Shown in pieces: positions 23,401 through 35,070 of a DNA stretch of 64,000 nucleotides. The DNA lies in assembly GCF_018350175.1 (NCBI RefSeq), contig NC_058368.1, positions 177,756,001 to 177,820,000 on the forward strand. Reading direction: 5' to 3'. Position 1 is the stretch's first letter. Each line of letters starts with the position of its first letter. The notes beneath the pieces are model-generated. The model saw only the letters and a program-made list of their open reading frames with translations, searched no databases and was not told where the DNA came from. Source of the DNA: Felis catus. Taxonomy: Eukaryota. The position numbers and the translations under genes are program-made.

Positions 23401-24619
23401 GTAATCAATTATGGGTGACCCAGTCTCCTTTGGAAACTCATTTGGGAGTCCTGCCGATTTGGTCTTTTCACAATGCTAGCTTTGCTCAAAGTTAAAAAAA
23501 AAAAAAAAAAGCAAAAAAATCTCTTTACCAATAAAGGAACCACAGGACTGATTAATTCAGCTGGTTTTGGTCACAGATTAGCAGCGCATATTTCCACATC
23601 TAAACTAACAGCACTCTCTGCCTCTACCCCCTCCTTAACAGAAAGTTACAAGACGCTTTTTTCTCCAAGTGATAAATGGCCTAGAATATTAGAAAAACTC
23701 TTCCATCCATTGTAAAAATCTAAGGAAATACACAACCTGGTTTTGCTGTGGTTTCAATTTTCTCCATTACCAACATTACCCCTAGTTCTCCAAACATTCA
23801 TTTTAATCATAGTTTATTCGGGAAAGAATTACCTGCCAGTCTCCTGCCTTATAAGAAAGAAGATCAAGTTGGAACGAAACTTCAGGATTAATTAATTGAG
23901 AGGACTGCATGTAATGTGTCTACTCCGAACGTTACAGTGCACATCACAATGAAAACAGTTTTATTTTCCATGGTTGAAATAAATTATAATAAATAATTCA
24001 TTTCAATGGCAGAGACGTACTGGAGAGCAAGAGCAACAAAATTGACTACACTCCACTGTGAGTCTCGTTCTTGAATCTTCATTATCCATTTGAAACTTTT
24101 TACGAGTAGTAAATCATATTTCAAGTGGCTGCAGATCTCATAAAGCTGCTTGCTGCATTAAAATAAAACCAGAAAACCTGGGGCACTGGAAGGCTGTAGG
24201 GTTTGCCACTCAGCATGATTTGGGAAACTCTCACTCTTCTCTTGCCAGCATCAGACAGAACACTTCTCCATCTGATGTAAAAATTAAGCATCACTTGTCA
24301 AAAACATCATCTGTGTTTCTCTGGGCGGGAATGTTGGGAAAATCTGTACATAGAGGATAGCCTTCAACTCCGAAGCCATTTTCTTATGATTTTTATTCCC
24401 AAGTGACTGCCACACAGCCAGATTCTTGAACCTCTAATGGCCTATACTGGCTTCTGGTGGCCCCTAAATTAGCAAACATGTACAAGCTCAAAAGAGACTC
24501 CCAAAGGCACACGTGCTGTTCTGCCCCAAAAGACCAGTCCATCTTCATAGGATGGGTGATATTTAACTTGAATTTTAAAAGATGCGTATTTTAAAATGAA
24601 TTTTGAATTTTTAAAAGAT

Positions 24620-24860
24620 GCGGTGCCCGGTGGCTCAGTTGGTTAAGTGTCTGACTTGGGCTCAGGTCACGATCTCACGATTTGAGTTCGAGCCCTGTGT
24701 TGGGCTCGGTGCTGACAGCTCAGAGCCTGGAGCCTGTTTCGGATTCTGTGTCTCCCTCTCTCTCTCTGCCCCTCCCCTGCTCACTCTCTGTCTGTCTGTC
24801 TCAAAAATGAATAAACATTAAAAAATAAATTAAACCCCCCCCCCACATCATTAAAAAAAA
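24620..24860 (+). mobile_element. CAN-SINE
   Basis: tggctcagttggttaag...cagagcctggagcctg...(CT)n, AATAAA tail. Confidence 0.88.
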
Positions 24861-26199
24861 ACGATGCATATAAGCATCACCAGAGAAGAAGAATGCATTA
24901 GAAAGAGGACATAGAAGGAGAAAAGACAAAGCACACAGGGCTTGGGATGTTTTGAGGGGACAGTCAGCCCCCGCAAGGGAAGCTTCTGAGAGACCTTTTT
25001 TGAATGGAAAGGATCAGAGCCAAGGGCAGGGAGCTGAAGGCTGGGCCGAATCCAGGCTCTAAAAGGCCTTTGCTGTCACGCTAAATGCAGAAGTGAGTTT
25101 GGGCCAGTACCTAAAGGGTAGCCTTCAAAGGATTTCCGAAGAACGCTGAGCTCTGGGATCTAGAACAATGACCAATGGGAGACTGAGGCGTGGCAACGAT
25201 GGGTCGGGAGAAATGGTAAGGGCCCCAGCAAGGCTGGTAGCAGAGAGAGAGAGAAGTGGTCAGAACCCTGGACTGCATATCCCATTTTCTTCCCAGGCAA
25301 TGACAGCTTTCCAAGAAACACAACCTGCCACTGAAGCTGTAGATAAAGTGACAGCTTTAAGAGCGTGGCCTCAAATGCAAGACCCACCGGTGGGGAGAAG
25401 GGCCTGGGGGCTAGACTGTCCCTGTAGTGCTAAATGCAGTGGAGGGGCCGCCGCTGTCCCACAGCCCAACGGCCCGGCAATGAACTCGGGAAGTAAGGAG
25501 CAGTGGAATGAACCCCAACCAGAGTACATAAACACGCACGCCAGAGAAAAGTACAAACACACGTTTATATTAAGTATTCGGTGATAAAGTAAACTCTAAC
25601 TGAGGCCATTCAAAATCAGGGAAGGGAGTGGGAAATAGCATGAACGGTCATCACAACATTTCCCAATGAATCTTGTATTTCAAAACAGAGCAACATAAGG
25701 CCTAATGGCATGAGGGCATCTCATGCAGTCATCAAAGCAGAGTGCAATGAATATTGTATTTCATAATAAATATATTACCCTTACAGTAGGAGTTTCCATG
25801 TTTCACTGCCTCTCATCTGTCACTACATTCTCCCTGATTTCCTGAAGGGATTTAGTTAGATGGATCTAAAAATCTTCATAACCAACAGTGGAGGATTATT
25901 TTACTTATTATGTTCAAATGACTTTGTGTGGAGAGAAAAAAAAAAGTATTTTTGTGGCACATTCACAGGGCCCTCAGAAGCATTTTCCATTAAAGATCAG
26001 TCTAGAGTTTATGTTGAAACCACAGAGGACAGCATGCTGCCTTTCAGATTTGAGGGTTTTTATTTATAGTCATCTAAATGGCATAGAGTGCTGGCCGGGA
26101 GGCCAAGGGGATGATTCAAAGATGTTACTGAGATTTGGAAGCTCTTTTGTCCTAATAATTACATAGGAAGCCTAAAGAATGATAGGAATAGAACCTCGT

Positions 26200-26760
26200 T
26201 CCTTAATTTATTCAGACATTTACCAACCACCTACTTTGTGCCAGGCTCTGTGTCACACCCTGCGGACATACAGATGAACAAGGCACAGTCCCAGCCCTCG
26301 AAGAGCTCACAATCAAGTAGGGAACGAGACACACAGCATGACAACACAGCATAGCAAGTGCCACAGAAACTTGCACGGGAGGCTCTAAGAGACCAGAGGA
26401 GGCTGACTTACTCTGCCTCCGGGTGGGGGACAGGCAAGGAAGGCTGCACAGGTGACGTGCGGAGGGAGCTGTCGTAGAGAATAAGCAAAGTCTGACAGGC
26501 AGTCAGGTTGGCAGAAGGGCGAGCAGGTACAAAAGTCTGGAGAAGTATTTGGGGGGATGGCGAGCAGTTCTGTGGGACTGGAGAGGGTGTGAGGGGGCTG
26601 GTGGTGGCAGAGGAGGATGATCAGGTAGCCGGGGCCAGATCTTGTGAAGGGCCTAGTAATGTGTGCTAGAGCACATGGGTCTTATCTTGCAGGAAATGGG
26701 GTGCCATTGAAGTTGAATGAATCTGGCAGTGACACAGGAGAAGGGCAGAGCTGGTGTAGC
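26200..26760 (-). mobile_element. L2 3' fragment
   Basis: cctactttgtgccaggc...gatgaacaaggcacagtcccagccctc...ggggccagatcttgtgaagggcct. Confidence 0.65.
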
Positions 26761-26999
26761 TGTTCTCCGGACGGTCTGAACCCGTAGGAGGCCTGGGCCA
26801 TCCGACTTCCCCCAATAAAATGCATCTCTGTTCCTGTCCTGGGATTGGGAGAGCACAGACACGGAAGGTTACCTGCTTGGGTTCTGCACCTCAGTCAGGA
26901 CAGAGCCTGGCTCCTTCTTTGCTGGCTCTGTTACCCTGAGAAATGGCGTTGCCATTACTTCCCTTGGCCCACAGCACATAACTTAATAGTGTCCCTTGT

Positions 27000-27315
27000 C
27001 AGGAACGGTTCTCTTTGTCAGGAAGCTTTTTATTGATGTTCAACCTTCATTTTCCCTTTCTTAATAATATCCCATTATGCCAATACTCCATTGTGCCATG
27101 CTAAGTAATTCCCTTTCCTCCTTGGCATTTACATCTTCCAAGTATTTATAGACTTATCAAATGCCCCATTTAGTTGTCACTTAGGCAGGCTATACATATT
27201 TAGCTTCTTTAATCTGGCCCCATAAGCCAGCCCTTCCATTCTCCTAAATCACTTGAGTTCTTTCCTCCAGGTTTCTGTCAATTTGTTTCCAGCCCTTCTG
27301 TAACACAGGGGGCTC
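27000..27315 (-). mobile_element. Ancient CR1/L3-like LINE fragment
   Basis: ttagttgtcacttaggcaggctatacatatttagcttctttaatct...taaatcacttg...tcaatttg resembles antisense CR1 ORF2 3' sequence as I recall it. Confidence 0.45.
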
Positions 27316-30300
27316 GGGAAAGAGACGGGGTTGGGGAGGGAGGGTTTGCTCCTTCTGAGGGATAAGAACCCAACATTTGCTGAGGGCAGACCTTCTTCCT
27401 TAAAGTGCAAACTCCAAAACAGGCCAGGCCTCTGGAGGGCCATGAGCCCCGCTTGATGTCTACTAGCTTTCTCTCATCTGCACACGTTTCAAGTCACTAA
27501 TATTCTACTAGCAGCTCTCATTACGTGCTGGGCGCACACAGGTGACACGTGTGTTAAGTGCCTACTATGTGTCAGGTGCCCTGCTAGGGGCTTCTCCTTC
27601 CTTCTTCTCTCCCTCTTCATTTCTCATGCTTATTCGATGAATGCTCAAAGAATTACTGAGCTCCTACTATGTGCCAGGCACAGCATGGTGGCACAGAATT
27701 GAAATGTGGTCCTTGTGGCCTTAAGAAACTCATGGAGCCTAAGTATTTATCAATCTCTTATTGCCCACCCATCAAGTTGTTTCCTTCCAATCTTCAAGGG
27801 TCTCTGAGAAAGGGTCATCATGCACTTAACGCTAATTGACGCTTTTAGTTTCCCGAGTGAACTTCTTTGTCCTATCTAAAACTAGATGCCACATTAAGGA
27901 TGGGCATTAACACAGCTCTTGCATAGGATTTTCTTTCTGGTGGTTCTCTCTGGGGTCTAAGAGAGTTCCCTCCAGGCCTTGCACTTCCCATCACTCCTTA
28001 GCAGTTTACTTTACATGCCGTATTCACAAGACCTCAACTAAGTATGCACTGAATGTTCCTCTTTTCCACAGTAGTGATGTTCCAAGTTATGGGGTAGGCT
28101 GAGGAGTGACAGAATGGGAAAGAGCTAAGGCAAGGAGTCTTGGCTACAGTCTTGGGGAGTCTGGGCATGAGACCACAGGAGGGACTAGTTCAACTACCTG
28201 ATCCTGGGGGCCAGCTCCAGCAAGGTGCAGAATTGCCCTGGCTGAGTTGCTGGTATCTCTGAAGAGGTAAGGTAACTTTGCCAAGTAGCATCACTGGTAT
28301 TCAAAGCCAGGTACGCTGACTGCACAGTCTGTCTGCTCTGATTGCTGTAAAGCAGAAAATCCTCAACGAATACAGAATGTGCAATTAGACAGCTCTGAAG
28401 GAGGACAGCATTTCGTCAAGTCTGAAAGCACTCAGTCTGTATCTTCCTAAGCATGACAAGGGATAAAGAATTAACATGCAAAAGTTCTTTTTGGTTGCAA
28501 AGCAGACGAAGTAGCAGTAACTCATGACAGGTCAGAGGATTAGGGAACTTTTACCTTGTTCTGCCAGCAGAAATCAGACTGTCATCAAATAAGAAGCTTT
28601 CTTTAACATACTACATGAGCTCATAGCCTCACCAAGTGGTTGCTGCTAGTTAAAAACTTTCCAACAGTTAAGACAGAAAATGAATACAAAAGTTCAGTTC
28701 ACATCTCTAGTACACACATTATTAGCCGTTCAAGTAGGTGAAAAACCAGTAATAACTGTAAAATCAATAAATCACACCATCATCAAGCTGACCCTCACTT
28801 TATACAGTGCCATTCCTTCAAGAAACTCAAAGAGCTTCTCATACCATTCACAATGCCACTTGGGGAAATACAGGTGGGAGAAATGCCAGGAAAGAAGAGT
28901 AGGTGAAGGCCCTGGGAGGCCCTGATAACGTAAAAACTGTCAGATCCAGAGACAACAAAGCCTTAGTTATTACATTCTAGGTAATGCTATTTACTGGCTG
29001 GGTGATGTTGGGCAAATTATTTCGCCTCTCTGCACCTCTGCATTCTTGTCCCATATGGGCACTGTGGATTTCACTTGTTGATGTACTCGTTTTCCCAAGT
29101 TAAGAAAATAAACCATATTGGCCCTACCCTCCCACCAGAGTTGCTGTGAGATTCGGAAGAGGCTTTAGGTGTGAAGACATATAAATGGAAAGGGTCCTGG
29201 AGTTTCTTTTCATTCCTGCTGTTGCAAGACGATGCCTGGAGTACACAGGAAGAGTAAGTGAGGAAAAGTCTGTTTGGGGCCAAGAATCAGATCCACATTC
29301 ACACCGTGCCCCCACCCAGGCCAGTGAGGGTTTGTGATCTTGAGAATGTGTGTCACACAAACTCTAAGACAGGCAGAACACGAGTGTGGGACCAGAAAGA
29401 CCCAGGTAATCTGGCTGAAGTCACGGCCTTGGGATTTCCTGGAAAGGATGTTTTTCACATTTGTATACATGAACAGCAGGTATATGTTCTCCTTAGGGAG
29501 ATAAAAAAGTTAACTGGTACCTGTATATTGTTTTTCAAATTTTCCCTGTTTATTGAATACCTTCTCTGTGTTAGGTGAGTCTATACTCATTGGTTCACTT
29601 TGTCCTCACACTTCCGTGAGTCAAGAATCTTTTGGCTGTGAGGACAGCAACTACTATAGACAAAACTCAGACCTAAAAGGGGTGGCCTGAGGACCCCCAG
29701 ACTAGACACTGCGGGCAGGCCTCTCAACAGCTGGGAACCACAGCCGGGAAGGCTGGTGCGATCTTTCTTAGCCTCTCTCTGGGGCTGCTGATCTCCTTCG
29801 AGATCCTCCCAGCATGTTGCTGCTTTTTTCTCTTGCTGTGAACTGGCTACTTCTCTGAGCACATAGCAGAGAATGGCTCTTGGTTTTTCAAGTCTTCACG
29901 TCAAGTGAAGACCAGAGGCTGACCAACATCCTCTAAATCCACGGGAGTTTCTAAGTCTGGGGAAGAGGACTCACTGAGCCAACCTGGGTCAAGTGCTTGC
30001 TTCTTATCTCATCAATTTTCAAAGGAAGGGCCCTTGGCTTAGGGATTTATAGCTGAATGAATGTTGTGCCCCCCCCACCCCACCCCAGCCTGCCTTTGCA
30101 CCCTCCAGCTCCACCAATCCTGTCTCTAGGTCATTTAAAAGTAATGCTGTTAAGAGCACAAGGTTCTGCTACTTATTAGCTGTATGATACCAAGTAAGCT
30201 ACCTGACTTCTTAAAGCTGCAATTAAAATACTTTGATTATAAAATGTAGAAAAGAGTATCTACCTCACAAAGTAGTGAAACTTTATAAATATAAATACAA

Positions 30301-33300
30301 ATTATATAAATATATACATATATTTGTATATATTTAAGTACTTAGCACAGAGCCCAGCAGATGATAATTATTTCTACTTCTTTTTCATCATAGTCATTCA
30401 TCATCATCATCATTTGAGTCTGAGGTCGCTCTTCCCTAGTGACCTCTTAGGTCCTAGTGACCCTGCAGGAAATAAGCCTTCTATTATAGGATGGGGGAAA
30501 AAAATCTAGATCTTTAAGAAGGAGGTGTGGAAATTCTTTCACTTTGGAGTGGTATGGGAAGGAAACACTTCCAACTCGAATCTTTTCTGGTCAAGATCAT
30601 CAGCTTCTTTGTGATATCATACAAGTTTAGGATCCTTCTGGTGAGCCCCGGGCTGGCTTGGGTGTGACACAGGAAGACTGTCTCAGTGTCATTTCACATG
30701 TCACAGAAACATGGCTTAGTGTATAAAGACTGACTTGTGTTACAACTTGTGCTATTCCTAAATGACTTGTGTGTGTGAAATATGGGTAAATGCTGCTACT
30801 TGGGCTGTGTTCACATAAAAAGGGAGGTTTCATCTACAGAACTTCTGAGAGCAGACAAAATCATTTCTTTAGAACACACATTGTGAGACACTTCCCCAGA
30901 GGTGGTGTCAGTATTTAATCTGTACATTAGTAATATTCCTTGCAGAGGCTTTAAAAAAGGATACATTTAGTGAACTTTTATTCTTAATTTACAACGATAG
31001 CCAATTATGCCGATCATCATTAACGGAGAGGCTAAAAACCATCTTGCTTGCCATTTACCATATTGGGTGAGAGACTGTTATAAAGCATGCCTGATTATTA
31101 TTGGGCTCAATGTGTGTAAAACTGCATTTTTTCCCCATATAAAATGTTTTCTATCTGTTTTACATGAGTGTGAAGGAAAAGGTATGGCCGTTGTTCATCC
31201 TGTACAACTCCTTTGCTATTCTGAGAACGTTTGCTGCAGACTAATAGCAAAACTGACTGTGCTAAACTGTAGATAAAAGAACAGTGACAGATTGCAGTCA
31301 CTTTAATTCATAAAGAAAATACTTGGAGCCCCTGGGAATGCCAAATCAAGCCACCAGCACCCAGTGACTTCATGCTAAGTCACAAACTACATCATATATT
31401 TTAGTTTAAACACAAAGGCTAATGGGCATGTGACTTAATTTATTTCAAGTTCTTCTTTATGAAGAGCTGGCTCTTTTTCTTTTTCTTTTTTTTTAGCTCT
31501 TTGGAAAACATTATACTTTCCCTATTCTATAAACATACAAATATAATTGTAAAATGACATCATTCTGTTTTCATTTAATTACCCCTGAAATGCTTTCTAT
31601 TTAATATTCATTACTCAAAAGCTAATTTAAAAGAGAAAGAGATGCGACTTATTAAAAAAGATGTACTGTCATTCACAGCAATAGTTATCTAATATACAGA
31701 AGTTAATAAAGCAGATTAATCTACAAGTCCCTTTAAGCCATTCTTGAGTTTTGAACAACTGCCTCTTTGACCTTTCACCTTCATGCTGTGCACCAGTAGC
31801 AGGTGCCAGCTGTACAGAAATTATGGCTGCGCGTTTGAACGCAAAATCTTTTCTTACTTTGCTTCTGACCAGCAGCTGACCCTGTAGGAGTGATTGTTTC
31901 TGGTGCCGGCCTAAAGGCTACATAAACCAGTAGCAGATAAACAAAAGGCTACATATACCAGCTGCCTTGCCTAAGGGTACCGTCCTAGGCTGACACCTCC
32001 ACTCCTTCTCCAGCGTCCCAAATTGCTCCTTGTTTGTTTCCATACATGCATTTCATCCTTGTTATATTGTGCAAGGGATGGGTGCAGGAGAAAACCCCCT
32101 AAAACAACAACAACAAAAAAACCGTCCCTTCCTTCGAACTTGACTTTTGAGTATTCCATGTCAAACTGTGTTATTATGATGCTAATCTAGGCCTGATTTA
32201 GCAACTTTAATAAGAGGCTAAACCCTCTTGTAATTAGATAATAAAATTTTATTATGTATTTTAATATTAAAAGTCTTAAAATCAAACTCTTCAAATCATA
32301 CACTGGTACAGAACTAAGGTACTTAAATATCATAGCGCCAGAAAATGGGAACTTGAAAAAGCACATTGTAGCTAATTTTTCATTCTCAGAAATGTAAACA
32401 TGGAATTCCTATGTGGTGGCAGGGAAAAAGCTCCAACACTCTTAATTATGTGCAGGGAAGAATGAATCTATTCAAGTATGAAGCACACTGTACCATTTCC
32501 AGCAACAGCGTGAGATGGCTTTGACAGTTATTTCTTGGATACAAATTACACAAGTATAAAAACAATCCCCATAATGATTAAATGCAGTTATGTACATAGG
32601 AGAATACCAGTGCAAATGGTAACATATTTAAATGGTTTTTCCTTCATTAAAAAAATTATATATGATATTAAACCATCAATCACTGCTGAGGCACAGGAGT
32701 TTAAATGTATTGTCACTGGTTGAAATAAATGACTTGGAGACTGAATTCTGGCTCACTCAATATGGTGTCTTTGCTGTTGCTTAGTCACCCAACTCTCTGC
32801 TGGTTTGGGCTACATCTGGTGGATTCCATCCCTTTCAATTAATAAGGCAAGTTATGCTATCAATGGATTACATCTTTAAACTGTGCTTAGAGGTAAAAAA
32901 AAAAAACACATGTCCTAGTGAAAAAAAAAAAAGCAAACCCAACCCTTCTCTGTTCCGTTAGCTGTTTGGAACAATATGTGAAGTGCTTATTCCTTTCTTC
33001 ACCCATGTGTAGAATGAAATTTTCTTGTGGCATTCCAGCAGGATTATTATACAGTATATAATGGTATACTCTTATCTCAGCCCTACCATTTTGTTTGATT
33101 ATGTAGTGATCTATGACTATGCTGGATTTGAAACATAAAGTCACCGCCTGCAGATTGTAATTCTGAAAATTAACTTTTGGGGGTTGGTTTTGCAGACGTT
33201 CATTGACTGTCACAAGGGTCAGGCTCTGCTAGATGCTGAGACATGCATCAAGCTGGATGTGATCTCTGGGGAAGAAAAGGTACTCTGTTAAAGACAGGTA

Positions 33301-33584
33301 TGACAGTTCTGATCATAATTTGATGATTCATAAATCAAGAATAGGTTTTTATATGAACTGATTTTTTGGTCTTAAAATACTATTTGGGGGGTTATAGTTG
33401 AAATTGTCATTTGACAAATATTTCCATAACAAAAATTATAGCAAAATGGCAAAGATAGGGTATATGGCAAAAAATGTGGACTAGAATCATCCTTCTAAAG
33501 ATGGATACATAATTTTATATCACAGATGCCATTTAAAAAAAACTAATGTTTTTCTATTTTTAAAATTATGTACTTTAAATTTCT

Positions 33585-33799
33585 TTTTTTAAATGTTTTT
33601 TTGTTTATTTCTGAGACAGAGAGAGACACAGCATGAATGGGGGAGGGGCAGAGAGAGAGGGAGACATAGAATCAGAAGCCAGCTCCAGGCTCTGAGCTGT
33701 CAGCACAGAGCCCGACACGGGGCTCGAACTCATGAGCTGTGAGATCATGACCTGAGCCGAAGTCGGGATGCTCAACCGACTGAGCCACCCAGGCGCCCC
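33585..33799 (-). mobile_element. CAN-SINE
   Basis: TSD tgtactttaa(a/t)tttct (33569-33584 / 33800-33815). Confidence 0.92.
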
Positions 33800-33879
33800 T
33801 GTACTTTAATTTTCTAAACTGATCTTTAGGAGTTGTGGTCACAAATTCATCACTCTTAAGAGTTTTACTCCCTTGTGGG

Positions 33880-34006
33880 ATTTTATTTTATTTTATTTTA
33901 TTTTATTTTATTTTATTTTATTTTATTTTATTTATTTTATTTTATTTTATTTTATTTTATTTTATTTTATTTTATTTTATTTTATTTTATTTTATTTTAT
34001 TTTTTT
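33880..34006. repeat. (TTTTA)n pentanucleotide microsatellite, about 25 units
   Basis: Direct reading; one TTTA interruption. Confidence 0.95.
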
Positions 34007-34099
34007 CCTTGTGGACTTTTATTATATGGCTGTTATCTAGACACTTTTGTCCAGTCCTGGTCCTCTCAGATATTTCTATTTGAACCTTAGTAATTGGAC

Positions 34100-34170
34100 T
34101 GCGTGTGTACACACAAGCGTGCGTGCATGCGCGCGTGCACACACACACACACACACACACACGCATATAC
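34100..34170. repeat. Alternating purine-pyrimidine tract ending in (CA)n
   Basis: gcgtgcgtgcatgcgcgcgtgcacacacacac... Confidence 0.85.
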
Positions 34171-34529
34171 TTGACCAAACTGAACTTTAATTCTTGCCTC
34201 AGACAAATATGGTTATTATGAAAATAAAAAAAAATGTTTGGGAGATGTTAACTGAGTTTCACTGGCTGTTTATTGCATCCGTTCTGTAGGCAAAGACACA
34301 ACCTAAAAGTAAATAAATGCCCTCTTTAAGTCTGAGTAGAAACTTACGTACAGAATCAAATATATGAGCAAAATAACAGCATCCTTTTTAAACAACTACT
34401 CAAAAAAGTGTGCTCCAAAAATTATCAAAACATCAGCAGTGCCACATGGGATGACTGTGAGAAAGACCGGGAATCATGCTTTGCGCGATCTCCGTTCCGA
34501 AATTCTCTAGGATTACATAAAACATTGGT

Positions 34530-35070
34530 GGAAAACCGGTAACCAGACATCCAGTGCTGGCCTGCAGAGTGTTTTTATTTTCTTGTTTTTTTAAAAATTT
34601 TCAATCAGGGGCGCCTGGGTAGCTCAGTCGGTTAAGCGTCCGACTTCAGCTCAGGTCACGATCTAGCTCCGTGAGTTCGAGCCCCGCATCGGGCTCTGGG
34701 CTGATGGCTCAGAGCCTGGAGCCTGCTTCCGATTCTGTGTCTCCCTCTCTCTCTGCCCCTCCCCCGTTCATGCTCTGTCTCTCTCTGTCTCAAAAATAAA
34801 TAAAACGTTAAAAAAAATTAAAAAAAAATTTCAATCAGTGGCCAACATGAAAAAAACCCTGGATTTCTGGTTCTCTTTGGGTGGGGGTGGGTAATCTCTA
34901 TATAGCTGGCAACACTGGGTCCTACTTTCTTACAGGGCAAGAATAAGCTGGGATTATGTGGAGGCTGCCCCTGTTAGACAGGAATGTGTACACAACTTTG
35001 GTTTCTTTCCTGTCTACCTCATTCAAGTTCTCTGTGTGGCTCTGTAGGACCTTAGTTTGTGAAACTCTGT
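34530..35070. mobile_element. MER102-like hAT element interrupted by a SINE
   Basis: ggcctgcagagtgttt...ggatttctggttctctt...ctggcaacactggg...ggctgcccct. Confidence 0.5.
34608..34822 (+). mobile_element. Young SINEC_Fc-type SINE
   Basis: Perfect 15-bp TSD aaaaattttcaatca (34593-34607 / 34823-34837). Confidence 0.93.

Noticed and set aside
25628..25666. Paired RBPJ (SPS) site
   Set aside because: The second half-site (TTCCCAA) is imperfect and the 25-nt spacing exceeds the canonical 15-17 nt.
33835..34090. FYFIL-repeat hydrophobic ORFs
   Set aside because: Translation of the (TTTTA)n microsatellite.
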